In this document: positions 40,222 through 53,344 of the stretch, piece by piece | How positions within the stretch are numbered: the first letter of the stretch is position 1 | Layout of the letters: each line of letters begins with the position of its first letter | Notes under the pieces: model-generated | Told to the model about the DNA's origin: nothing | The model's input: only the letters and a program-made list of their open reading frames with translations | The model's database searches: none | Translations under genes and position numbers: made by a program | NCBI RefSeq assembly: GCF_006345805.1 | Contig: NC_043014.1 | Location: 51,956,001-52,020,000, forward strand | Direction of reading: 5' to 3' | DNA: 64,000 bases | From: Octopus sinensis | Lineage: Eukaryota

Positions 40222-40441
40222 GGCGGTGAGCTGGCAGAACCGTTAGCGCACCGCGCGAAATGCGTAGCCGTATTTCATCTGCCGTTACGTTCTGAGTTCA
40301 AATTCCGCCGAGTTCAACTTTGCCTTTCATCTTTTCGGGGTCGATAAATGAAGTACCAGTTACGCACTGGGGTCGATGTAATCCGTTTTTCTGTCCTTGT
40401 TTGTCCCCTCTATATTTAGCCACTTGTGGGTAGTGAAGAAA
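40222..40441 (+). mobile_element. SINE family B full length, tail type 1
   Basis: GGCGGTGAGCTGGCAGAACCGTTAG head, B-box-like GAGTTCAAATTCC, body CTTTGCCTTTCATCTTTTCGGGGTCGATAAATGAAGTACCAG. Confidence 0.9.
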
Positions 40442-40951
40442 CAGATTTTTATCCACATAACTTTATTGTATTCTGTATCACATATGGATAGTCTATAACA
40501 TATTTCAGTATTCGAAACATCAGTTATTATACTCAATATTGTAATGAAATATACTGAAATCATAGTTTTCTTTTATTAAAATCGAAGAAGCTAGCTTTAT
40601 TTTCATTACACACCACATAAAAGCAGAATTCAAATAAAGTCTACTGGAGTCTTTAATACCGATAATATAAAGTTTGTTGTCTTGCAAAGTCAAAGAGACT
40701 TATGATATTCTTAAGAAATTGCATTTGGATACAATATTTTTCGTAAGATACATCACAGCATATTTTCAAAACAAATATTTAATATATTCCCCGCAGAACA
40801 AAATAAATAAATAAATAAATAAATAAGTAAATAAATACAACTGTGGTCCATAAAATACAAATATTATGATTCAAAACTGAAAAAAACTTACGTTGCTGTT
40901 TTCTGGAATTTACATGTACGTGCACACAGGCACACGCATATATTCAGAGAT

Positions 40952-41007
<56 letters not shown>

Positions 41008-42039
41008 TTGTGTGTGTGTATATTTTCTTATATATATTTGTGTATATATATATATGGCAAAATGTAAATTTGTTAAATAGCGTCAGGTTCTGTTTACAAA
41101 ATATTTACAGTTGACAATATGCTGTTGTTTGGCGGACGCAAAAACGTCAGATTCACAAGTGCATTAATGGCGTAACAAACACAATTAGTTTCACGACACT
41201 CCTTCAGTCTCTACCTTTTCTTATCGATTTCAAGTTACCATCTCACCTTCTTCTTTCTGCCTTTTCCTTTCTCTCTATTTCCCCACTCACTCTTTCTCTC
41301 TCTCTCTCTCTCTCTCTGCGAATGTCTTGTCCTGCAAATCTCTATTTATTCATCTATCTCTATCTTGTTTTGCCGATCTCCCTGTATATCTATTTCTCTA
41401 TCTATGTAGCGAGCTAGCTAGCTGTCGGACTCTCAGGCAGAGAGATCCGTCTCTCTATTTATCCACTTCTCTGTCTATCCAACGATCCATCGCTCTCTCT
41501 GTCTCTCTCTCTGTCTGTCTCTCTCTGTCTTTCCCTTGGTCTGTATCAAAACATTCGATTGCTACATTGAAGAAAAGGCTTTTATTTTCAAATGTTTCAC
41601 TTTTCGCATATGCATTTGCGTATTTATATGTCTGCATCGGTCTGAACGGGTTGTGCTCTTATGTCGTTGATGCTGATTCAGTAAAACTGCAAAATATGCA
41701 GTGAAAGAATATATATTATTTCCTAGGTATAAAATGGAAAAACGCTTACGTTTTCGGAAACGTTGGTTGCTAAATAGTTTGAAATAGCTACCAATGTTAA
41801 AAGAAATATCATTCACTAGTTAATAAGCATTGAGTTTACAAGTGAGTATAACAGAAAATAAGATAATTTAATTTCTTATTAGAAAATCACACACGTACAC
41901 ACACACACACACACACGGACACACACAAACACATATGTATAGGCAAACCAGAATTAAAAAGAAAACATGTTAAAAGACAACGAAGTCAATCAGACAATTA
42001 TACAATAAATTATTGACGTTCAGTGAAACTTTTAGAAGG

Positions 42040-42270
42040 CAAAAAGACGTTTCGACTATGGTTCTTCATCGGAAAAAGGAAAATAGCCAGAGAGGACTAA
42101 AGATAGAAACGAGCACATTGTCGGGATATTTACAGATATATAGTTGAAACTTACAGAAAAACAAAAGACGAAGACAGGCGTATAAGTAACAAACAGGTGT
42201 ATTAGTTTAATGCTCGGAAAGGTGAGAAAGTATTTTACGTTTCGAGCCTACGCTTTCCAAAAGAAAGGAA
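42040..42270 (-). mobile_element. Penelope-like terminal repeat fragment(s) with decayed hammerhead-like motifs
   Basis: Homologous to 50804-50940; minus strand GCGTAGGCTCGAAACGTA and CCGATGAAG..CGAAACGTC. Confidence 0.5.
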
Positions 42271-43589
42271 CACGAAGAAATATACATAGAGAATATATTT
42301 ATAATATATATATATATATATAAAATGTCCATCATTAGAGAACATTTTCAGTCTGCTTACAATCCAACTTTGCTTTTCATAGAACTCTCTTCGATACTTC
42401 ATGAGTGTAGCCTCACCCCCTAGGATGTTTGGAAAACTCATATGTGTTTTTACTGATGAATACGGAAAACTTGTATTTGCTGCAATATTTGCAGCTTTTA
42501 ATAAATCTGCTCTTCGTATGAAACAATTGTACTGAACAACTAATCCATTCTTCTTGCTTTTTTCTTGTATATATATATACATATATATGCTCACCCGTGT
42601 ATATACTTTAAGGTAAATTTATGAATCTAGGTAACGTAAATTTAAGGAACGTTAGAGAAATCTAATTTGATGACATTGGAAGGATATGTTAGCAGGGATA
42701 CGTGACGATTTCCTTAATCGCTCTGAGAAAAAAAAATTCAGGTAGAGACACGTTATCATTTTGTCACATATTTCTGCCACATAATACGTTTTAGTCTCTG
42801 ACAGATGGTGCATATTTATCTTGCAACACTGTCAGAATTATTGCTTACATACTATTTTTGTGTTGCTCCAAACGACACTTTCACGCATTAAAATTGATTA
42901 CTAATTTGGTTTGAGGCTAATTAAGTATTTTGTATTAATTTTTGGTATGTCATCGTCGTTTTCATTGCTCTTCTTTTGTTTCTGGCGAAAACTCTAAAAC
43001 TCTGTTTTTAATGCCATTTAACCTTGCGGCTTCAGAATCCTTTAGTGATTGCTACTCTTAGAAACGTACCTGTATGTTTCATTACTATTTATATTTTCTC
43101 CATTTTGATTTTTGTTAACCCCTTTATAAAAATGTTGTCGGTGAATTCGAGAACATTACAGCTCTTTTTTTCTTCGAAGAGGGTGTATGAAAATCGTAGT
43201 TTTGCTTGGCTCATCTTATTGCACTAAGAGTTTCCTTTAATTATGTTGTAAATAGAGAAATATTAACGAAAAAATATGTACAAAACAGAACTTCTATCTC
43301 TGCTACGACGTCATGCGCTAAGGTACCCTCTGTGGGAATTAATCTAAAAAAGAAATATCTTCAGTCCTTAAAAATTAATAAACAGCACGTCTCTAAATAT
43401 GAATTCTTGAACTAAATTTGAGAAATCATTTAACTAGAAATAGACCATATAATCAGGTTCCATCTGTCATAGATCCCTCTCTAACATTTTTTCTATTTGA
43501 TTCGTAATACTTTTTTTTTCGACAATTTTCTTGTTTCACCGAAATGTTAGGTTTGGACAAAGCTATTTTGTTCAGAGAGAAAGAACCAG

Positions 43590-43755
43590 GTTTCGCAAAG
43601 TATTGGACTGGTACTTTATTTATCAATACAGAGAAAGGACGGTCTCCTCCAACGAAAGAATAAAATCCTCCACGTTAGCATTTGAATTCAAAACGCAGAG
43701 AATCAGAACAAAACGACCAAGGCATTTGTCCGACGCTTTGCTGTCTCTGTCAAGG
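43590..43755 (-). mobile_element. Degenerate SINE family B
   Basis: ACTGGTACTTTATTTATC..TTTGAATTCAAAACG..AAGGCATTT. Confidence 0.4.
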
Positions 43756-45204
43756 CTAAAAGGTTTAGTAAAATTTATAGATAGATGAAGATAAAATCAA
43801 GCATGGTTCAGGTGATTTTATAAATAGGTGTTTGAGTACCTTCCAAACAACCAGATTGTGGTTACTTGGATGTTTTGATTGCGTATGAAGTTGACTGACA
43901 ATCAGTGTCACATTATTAGATCTCAGCATAACATTGTAAAGAATGACCAGCTTTGAAGGTGAAACACTTATGCTTTTGTAACTATTATATATAAACGAGA
44001 ACGCCAGCAAGTTTCATAAATGATTGGAAGATCTGACATTGTAATGATTTTAAGGGTTTTAACAGAATACCGGCCACAAATATCAATTACATAACATATA
44101 CAGCAGTCTTCTAATACATTGGTTATTTGTAAGGTACTAAATCTTTTCCTGATTCTACATCTTTCATACAAAAAGAGCTATAAATACGAAATACTCAGAA
44201 TTATCATAATGTAAAATTCGGCAAAACCATTACTTGTGTCTAAATTTAATTTAAGCGCATTTAATAAACCCAAACATTTTATACGAATGCACAATGTATG
44301 TATGATAGTGAAGAATCAAAAGAATTTTTTTTCCTTTAGGGGTGTCGCTGAATTGGAGAATTTTGTATAATTTGGTAGTTTATATACAAAGCGAGGAAAT
44401 ATTTTTGTTTTATTTTGTTTCCTTTCACTTAGTTCCTCTGTGGCTTATGAGAGAGAACAAATAAAAGTTACCGGATATTTTATATCCGATTTTTCTATTG
44501 AACTAACAATATTCATATTCATAATCGATTGGCCGTTGGTTTCGTAGTCACATGATCAATTTATCTAGGGTTACTCTGATATATAAATGTCTATTGTTAG
44601 AATCTATCGCGGTAACATTTGCAATATTTGCTTTCATAATCGCAAGTGCTCTTGTTATTCCTTTGTAGAAGAATTACTATATTTTATATCTTTCGACGCG
44701 TTTGTCAAATACAGACATTCCTTCTTGTATAGGCATATAAACATTCTGCTCGTATTTATATCTTTATTTCTACATTCATTTATTTTATTTATTTGTTGCA
44801 ACTTTCACTTTCATATTCTTTAGTATTTTCATACCATTTTGTTAGTATTTTTTTATGACCATGCTTCCTTGGATTATAAAGTGAATATAAATTATACCAT
44901 TTCAGAATTGTATCGTGCGTTTGCAAAAGTATCGCAACTTCAACCGAGTTCACGTTTCAATGAATATGAGAATATAAATTCGTATATTTTAGCATTGACT
45001 TCATATTTCCGACGATGCAATGCAAAATGGAAATTTTATAATGTCTGCTTAATCGCAATGTGGATCTGTTTCTTCAGATCTACACCATCTTTTATGGCAT
45101 AGTAAATGCCTACAATAAACTAAACACATACTGTTAGATCAATATGTAATAGATGACCTTTTTAACTCTATTGAACATATTTACGACATGGCGTAGTCAT
45201 AGAG

Positions 45205-45365
45205 ACGCAGGCAAGGTGTGTGTCGCTAAGTTGTTCACTTCGCAACTATGCAGTTTCGTGTATAGTTCAATGCGCGGTGTCCTTACTGTGAAAAAGTATC
45301 TTCAACTTTAGCTTCGGGTCGACCAAACACTGAGTAAATTTGGTAGACGGAAACAAAACGGAAGC
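45205..45365 (+). mobile_element. Degenerate SINE family A 5' half ending at (TA)n
   Basis: GCTTCGGGTCGACCAAA..AATTTGGTAGACGGAAAC..GAAGCC then TA tract. Confidence 0.55.
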
Positions 45366-45379
45366 CAACCATATATATA

Positions 45380-45412
<33 letters not shown>

Positions 45413-45464
45413 ATTAGAAATATTGAATTTTTAAATCCCTCATAAGCGGTGGTGGAGCGATATA

Positions 45465-45632
45465 GTAGTTGTATACTGTCAACTCAACGTGACAGTCCCG
45501 TAAGGGAATTATTACACCGCCATTTAGCCCTAGGAAACATCAACGTTTCCTGTTGGCTTTGACACATTTTCTGTGTCCTTATATTTGCAAAGGGGAGGCA
45601 ATCACCCCGCCAGCTTGACAGTATACCACCAC
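45465..45632. mobile_element. 168-bp MITE with 18-bp TIRs and TA flanks
   Basis: GTAGTTGTATACTGTCAA versus the reverse complement of TTGACAGTATACCACCAC (16/18 match); TA on both sides. Confidence 0.6.
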
Positions 45633-46459
45633 TATATATATATATATATATATATATATGAAGAAATATTTGGGTAGATCGGAATGGTGCTTGAGGGTGG
45701 CATAGGGCCCTGGGTGCCGCAGTGGCGAACCGCTTCTCTGGCTACCTCATGTTCCTCCATTTAAGATATAGCATGTAAAAAAAGAATAATATGTATCAGT
45801 TATTTCTAGCACTGTGAATGTATAAAGAAAGTAGGCATGGGCGAAATTTACTACGAAGCGGTTTGCGTGAGACGTGGCTTATCATTAGCTGATACACACT
45901 ACTGATATAATTAGGTGATTTTCGTAAGTAGTGACATCCAGTATTGTTAGGCGTGCCATACTTTACTTTGCAGTGTTTGTAATACACGTGGTTTATAGAT
46001 GGAAATGGATTTCCTTTGAGAAAATGCCAGCATGAATTTTTAATTTAAAAAACATCATAATCTTCATTATAATCTTAATTATAATCTTAGTATATCTGGA
46101 GACGAATTTATGGACGACACGCAACTGTAAGAGTTAAAATAGATCTACGTTAGCATTGTGAAACAAACATAGCATCGGTGTCCCGTGATAAATAATGTAC
46201 AGCTGGAAAAAGCTGGAAACGTTGACGACATAAACCTGTAAGCATTTCAAATTGTAGATTGAATTTCGAGATATTTCTGTGTACGCGTGTCTGTGTGTTT
46301 TCACGTCCGTGTGTATGTATAAATGTTCGCTTGTATCTATCTGTCTGTCTATCTATCTATTAATATAAATATATGTTAGTATGTCTACCCCCATGCAAGT
46401 ATGTGTGCGAATGTGCATAGTTTTATGTATGTATGCCACACACGCACTAACAGTTACAC

Positions 46460-46512
<53 letters not shown>

Positions 46513-46549
46513 CATATATATATGTGTGTGTGTTATATATATATATGTG

Positions 46550-46585
<36 letters not shown>

Positions 46586-46806
46586 GTGTATATATATATA
46601 TATATATGTGTGTGTATATATATATATATATGTGTGTGTATATATATATATATATGTGTGTATATATATATATATATGTGTGTGTGTGTATATATATATA
46701 TATATGTGTGTGTGTATATATTATATATATATATATGTGTGTATATATATATATGTGTGTATATTATATATATATACATGTGTGTATATATATATATATA
46801 TATACA

Positions 46807-46861
<55 letters not shown>

Positions 46862-46915
46862 CATACATACACACACCCATATATACACACACATATATAT
46901 ATATATACGTGTATG
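46460..46915. repeat. Compound (TA)n/(TG)n array
   Basis: Source of the long IY/YI ORFs 46401-47024. Confidence 0.95.
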
Positions 46916-48247
46916 TACATTAGTAGTAGGGACATTGATTAGCACAGTTTTACGATCTGATTTGCCCCTCTCCATGGACATTAGGTTTCCAATATTCTCG
47001 AGGTGTACATTAACAGCTACGTAGACGAAATTAGACAGATACGATCGGGAGGGAAATCTAGGTCAGAGCAAATTAATAAATATATTTGGAAAAACAGTTT
47101 TTTTAAAGTGGCGCATTAGCAAATAATAATTTGCTGCTGCAGCAACAAGAGGGGTAGCAAGAATATCAATAACAATAGTAGAACAAACGAAGGAAAGCGC
47201 CTGTAGTTTGTTGCCAGGTATGCTAGAAATAACCACCATATATCTTTAAGAAGATACCTCACTGATTTTCATTAATAGGACAATCGAAATACATTGATTT
47301 ACGGGATTATCGTGTGGAAGATTACGTTGTTATGTCTGTGGATCATGGCTGATCTGGCAGGGATAGTGATACACAAGATCAAAGGAAACAGAAACGACTA
47401 TGAGACGACGTTAAGAAATCTTGGTGGCCGCTTGACTTGCGAGTGATTGCTCTCAAATTTATTGCTAAACTCAACTCATCGTCTTAGTAAGGAAATACCT
47501 AGTTTTATTTTTATAATTGAAAAGAGACCACCAATTAGCAGATTAGTGTCGTTTGGAAGGTTTTTAGTAGTGGTTTCATTGAAAAGTGTTATTCTCACGG
47601 GGCAGTAACCCTAAGAGAAACAACAGGGCAAAGAACAACAATGGCAATAACTATAAAAGGGCGGGCAAAATGCAGCTTCTGAATGGGGCACCTAGCAAAA
47701 CATTATCTTCGATATCTTATGTAGTGTGACTCGCCTATTGATGAACCATGACTCAGGAGTCTCTCTCCTTAGAACACAAACAAGTAACAGAATATCCATG
47801 TCTTCACTACCAGTCAGTGTGAGAACATCCGGGTTATTGTTCCAACTGCTGGAAATAGCAAATAAAATATTCACAAAATTCGCATGGAGGTGTCTTAAAT
47901 AAGGATCAGTTTGACACTTTAAGTCACTTAGCCCTAAAAATATCCCCACATGTGGCGACAGTCACGTTCGGAAGGTTTTAATTAACCGCAGCGATAACTG
48001 ATATCAACAGCTGCCATTGTCAGAGCTGCAGCAAGATCAGAAGTACTAAACAGCAGTAATGAAAAGACACTGCAATTTATTTGATGTCTCTCAGACAAAC
48101 TTAATCCTTTATACTCGTTTCTTGTCCAGCCCTCATACTCATAAGATCGATCTATCCCACTTTCGTGGAGTATAAGGGACCAATACCACAACGGCCATGT
48201 GGAATAGGACGCTTGAGTATTGCAGAGTTCAAGGTCAACAGTTTTAT

Positions 48248-48426
48248 GGGGATAGGAGGAGTCGATTACATTCATGGCAATACTTGATGGGTACATTAAT
48301 TTCACGGCCTCGAACAGATAAAAGGCAAACGGTGGCATTCAGTGGTATTTGAACCCTGAACGTAGAGATGGAAGGAATGCAGCTCCGCAGTTTGAACGAC
48401 CTGGCACCAATTCTACCATCTCACTG
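48248..48426 (-). mobile_element. Degenerate SINE family B
   Basis: Minus strand CAGTGAGATGGTAGAATTGG..GGGTTCAAATACC..TTTGCCTTTTATCTGTTCGAGG. Confidence 0.5.
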
Positions 48427-49150
48427 TTTCCTGAACATATCACTGCAGATATATATATATATATATATATGAATGTAACTATAGTATGTACGGATATGTA
48501 TGTGTGTGTATGTTTTTGTACGTGTGTGTGTATTTATGTATCCATGTATGTATGGAGCGTTGCGTTGTTATAGTCTGGAAGGGCTCCATGTTTATGTCAG
48601 CATCTTTTGAATTATTATTGTTCTTGTGAGAACTGAACATGAAAACAAAAGAATATATGGTATATATGAGTGGATGATACAAAGACCCAACTTTGTAGTT
48701 GCTCTCAGTCTCATATAGTTCAATCAACATTACTAATTAGCGTTAATAATGCGCTTTGGAAATGTCGGAACGTAAGAAACGCCCATTAACCTTACCCCGA
48801 AGAGAATACATATAAAATTTCCCGCTTTCCCCCCAGATAGCTACCATAGATTACAAATAGTCAATTATAAAATACATTCATTTGATGAAAATTAGTTTGT
48901 ATGCATAATTTTGTAGATCTATGAAACGAAATGCATAATTAAAACATAAACAAATGACTTTTTTTTCTCTTTTTCCTCTGAGAATCGATATTCTTCGACC
49001 CAACATAATTGCACGAGCATTGACATTTTGTTTCAACAGAAGCTTTCAAATAATAGACGTCCATAAAGACAAAAAAAGAATCCGTAATGAAAATATAATT
49101 ATATTCTACTGTCGATAACAACAACAACAGCAATAATAATAATAATAATA

Positions 49151-49186
<36 letters not shown>

Positions 49187-50766
49187 TATTAACAACAAAG
49201 TGAAGTAAATGATCTAATACATTGTCCAAATCAAGTAAAAATCAAGCAAGGCATGTCGTTTTAATAATCTGCAATTGGTTTTTCTTTTTATTAAAATTCT
49301 GTACTTTGGTTAAGTTTATATATTTATTTTTTTATATTGTTTTTTTTTTACCGCACACAAATGCATAGTGTTCGTCAATAGGCGAGGAAGGATTCAATTT
49401 GTGATCGATCTGCTTTAAAATAGAAGACGAATATTGGTTGAATTCTATGTACAACTTCAAAGATAGCCAAGGAGATTTTGGATGAAATATCTTGGATTGA
49501 ACATTACTGGAAATCAGAAGATATTTCCATTGTCTTCAAGACAAGGATAACACTCTCTGGTGACCGTCGATCAAGAACTAAACAATACAACCAGAGGAAG
49601 TATAACAACAACAGAAACAAAACCAATGATCCTTGGGGAACTAATTACTTTGCTGAATAACAAGTAATTAGTTCCCCTGTCTGATATATTTGCTCTTCAG
49701 TTAAGAACTGTGCGTGCGTGTTTTTGTGTGTGTGTTTGCAACAATTTCGTTACTTTCCCATTGTCATTTTCTTGTAATTCAATTCGATTCCAGAAATATA
49801 AATTCCAAGGGGCTATCGTACGTGGCCGGACATCTTGATATATTATTCTCTTATCACAGATCTAGTTCTATGTCACTGGATACTTCTTCCTAGTTTCGGG
49901 TTCCATGATTTAAAATTTAGCTGAATGCAAAATTTAGCAAATGAACTGACAGCATACAAGCAGATCCCTCTTTCTTTCGTAACGGTGAGAGAGGCTCGAG
50001 GAAGTTCGTGTATTGGGAAGCATTTAGTATATTTGCCTGCGAATATTATACGAACAGAAACATTCGTAAGGAAAGTAACGGCAAAATTAAATAGCAATTC
50101 GTTTGCTTTCCTAAAGGTATCAATATCACCGAGTGGTAGAAGTCATAGAAACTACTCTGCCATTAACTTATGTATCTTGATTTGCCAGAGACGTTTAAAT
50201 GATTGTTAGACCTTCAAGAAAATACAACGTAAATTGTATAATATAGAATTGTTTTAAAACAATGAGATAAATTTGGCAGTACTTTAGATAATATGAATGT
50301 TATAGTTAAATCCAAATCCGAAGTAGTCAAGATAGAATACATTTGATCATTTGATACGTAGGTACTTCTATAGGCTTCAGTGCCACCGACAGGGGAGAGA
50401 CAATATTGTTTCCTGTAAAAGTCATTCTTTAATTAGCAAAGCTCTAATGCATTCCTTTTCCTCTAGTACGACGGAGAAGTGTGATTTAAAATTTCTATGG
50501 CCGAATCTACACAGTCAGCAAGGTCTAAGCACTTGTCCGCATTATTCATGGTATTTCGAGAGGAAATTGAATATAAAATCCTTTTGTAACCTTGTAACCA
50601 TGGCTACGTGGCTACAGATTTTGCTTTACAATCATGTAGTTACAGATCGAGCTTCAATAACATCACGATATATAACTGCATTCTACAATACCTTTAGATT
50701 GAGAGAAAGATTTATGAGTGAAATTTGAGAAGGGAGAATGTTGGCCTGTCATAAATAGAATTTGGA

Positions 50767-50803
<37 letters not shown>

Positions 50804-50805
<2 letters not shown>

Positions 50806-50998
50806 CGGGAAAGTTTACGAAAATAAACAAAAGACGAAGGCAGGTGCAGTACAAACAAACAAATGTATTAGTATGGCGCTCAGGAATAGAAATAGAACAA
50901 GTCTTTTACGTTTCGAACCTACGCACTTCGACAGAAAGATACACAGAAAAGAAACAAGGAGAAAAAAAATGCGTGTAGGAGCTAACAGTCCATCATGT
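50804..50998 (-). mobile_element. Penelope-like terminal repeat fragment
   Basis: Minus strand TCTTTCTGTCGAAGTGCGTAGGTTCGAAACGTAAAAGA followed by a T-rich tail ending in (TA)n; family shared with 42140 and 14091. Confidence 0.55.
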
Positions 50999-51070
50999 CA
51001 TATATATATATATATATATAGATATATATATATATATATAATATATATATATATTATATATATATATATA

Positions 51071-51360
51071 CACACTTTATTTAGAAGTACCAGAAATACT
51101 ACAAAATCTGTTACTCACAATTTCACGTTCTCGTTCGTCAGACAGTTTTGTTAGATTCTAACAAAACTGTCCGACGAATGGGAACGTGAAACTGAGTTTT
51201 TGTGATACTTCTGCTGCTTTTAAATAAAGCATATTACTCTACCTCTATTATTTGAGTATCCTTTTTTCCACCTTGTTTCACATTTCTGTGCTTACTCCGG
51301 TATGTATAATATATATATATATATTATTATACATACTGGAGTAAGCACATAAATGTGAAA
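51071..51360. mobile_element. Inverted arrangement (-/+/-) of Penelope-like terminal repeat fragments
   Basis: Arms 51116-51155 and 51157-51196 match 35/40 as inverted repeats; second inverted pair 51276-51310 / 51326-51360. Confidence 0.65.
51102..51150 (-). ncRNA. Minimal type I hammerhead ribozyme
   Basis: Minus strand CAAAACTGT-CTGACGA-ACG AGAA CGT-GAAA-TT GTG AG-TA-ACAGATTTTG: intact CUGANGA and GAAA core, GUA cleavage triplet, all three stems pair. Confidence 0.75.
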
Positions 51361-51392
51361 GAATATGGATGCATATATATAATATATATATT

Positions 51393-51435
<43 letters not shown>

Positions 51436-51523
51436 TATGTACACAGACACACACACACGTATATATATATAGAGAGTGTGATAGAGAGACAGTGAGAGAC
51501 AATGAGAAAGAGACTGATAGAAT

Positions 51524-51524
<1 letters not shown>

Positions 51525-51589
<65 letters not shown>

Positions 51590-51592
51590 CAG
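51525..51592. repeat. (GATA)n microsatellite
   Basis: Direct reading of sequence. Confidence 0.95.
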
Positions 51593-53073
51593 CTAGACAT
51601 ATTGCCTTACGATTGAGTGAATCATTGTCTCAACGCCATATTTTATTCCAGCCGACTTCCCCAGATACAATCCTTGTCCATTCGCCACTGTAAATGCAGA
51701 AAACAAATGAATTTCCGGTGGGAAAACTTCTAATGTTGGACTTAACCTGTCGACAAATCTACGAAATAAATTTAAAACAAATAAATCAAAATACAAATTG
51801 TATATTTGTTTGATAATCTATAGTATTTGGCATTCAATCATTATGTAATACAGTCGAGCTATCTCATCCAATAATTGTATAAATTCGATGACTTGGAAAC
51901 CAATAGATTCAACATCTATCACTGTTTGACAGTATTTCTTTTAGACTGGTAATCTTTATATGATGTACGAGAGCACGAGTCTCTGAGACAGTCAGCAAAG
52001 TTGTCGATTGAGCTGCTAGATATATATGTACGTTTTTGAACAAATCACATAAAACTGTTTGTAATAATGAAAGACTGCAGTAGATAAGACACAAATAGAT
52101 ATAAATATGTTTGAATAAAAGGCAGGATATTCACGGCGGAGATATTTTTGGTCAGAGATACGAGTGTTCAAGAGTGGCGAGAATTAACCAACAAGAATAA
52201 AATACTGCGAAATTGTGATGTTTGATTGCTATCGTCTGCGTGTGTCGTTATGGCTACCATATTTGTCACCACTTCAACACGTCTGTTCCGTGCGAACGGA
52301 CGGTACTGAGACTTTTTAATCCCGAGAGGATATTTTCTCTCGCTGCTTCATGATAGAAACTGCATCCGATATAATGCGATTAGTTGAGAAAACCCCTAGT
52401 ACATTTTAACAACAATAGTTTCATCATGCAACTAAGTGTATTGTAAAGGAGTAGAATATAACCAGTGCACGTGTTATAAATGGCAAATTGACCGTCTCAG
52501 ATTTCATCAATGTATTATTAAAACATCCAAGTGAGAGTGATTCAACCACTTCAAACATGCGAAGCCCAATTTCTAAGCGGTAAGGCTACGTTTGTGACTT
52601 AGGTATTCAGTCAACCATTAGGAGTTTGCGTTTTTTCTTCCTATTATTGTTGTCACTGTCATGGTTCAATATGAGGTAGATATTTCTGTTCAGAGATCTA
52701 TTATAAAAGGTCTAACTACGGCCTTCCAGTCAGAAACGGATGGGCTTACTTTTGTTCTGTCAGGGAATACAATGTGCAGCAACTACTTACATTTAACACT
52801 ATAGTAAAGGATGGCTGATCAAGCGATATGTGCGCGTACACATTCCTACTCTGAAAGACACATACATCCGTATAGACATATATACAAACACACTTATACA
52901 TACACGGTTGTGTGAACTTTTACACGTATGAGAGTACGTGTGTTAGTATGTCCTGTATAAGAAATGCGCATAAATCTCGGCTAACTATTCATAACTATCT
53001 ATCTATCTATCTATGTCTTTCTATCTATCTATCTAGATATCTATCAACCTGAATAACTATCTGCCTATATATA

Positions 53074-53302
53074 CTCTTTTACTCTTTGTTTCAGTCATTT
53101 GATTGTGGCCATGCTGGAGCACCACCTTTAGTCGAGCCAATCGACCCCAGGACTTACTCTTTATAAGCCTAGTACTTATTCTATCGGCCTCTTTTGTCGA
53201 GCGTCCCTTGTGCCGGACGTAAACATACCACCATTCGTTGTCAAGCGATGGTGGGGGCAAACACAAACACACAAACATATACACACACACACACACACAC
53301 AC

Positions 53303-53344
<42 letters not shown>

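Noticed and set aside
40222-40300. tRNA-like sequences (also at 786, 3340-3411, 59830-59900)
   Set aside because: They have A/B boxes but no complete cloverleaf and continue into SINE bodies; they are SINE heads, not tRNA genes.
46401-47024. 207-aa ORF and the many other IY/YI/CV/HT-rich ORFs
   Set aside because: They are dinucleotide microsatellite translations, open in several frames and on both strands.
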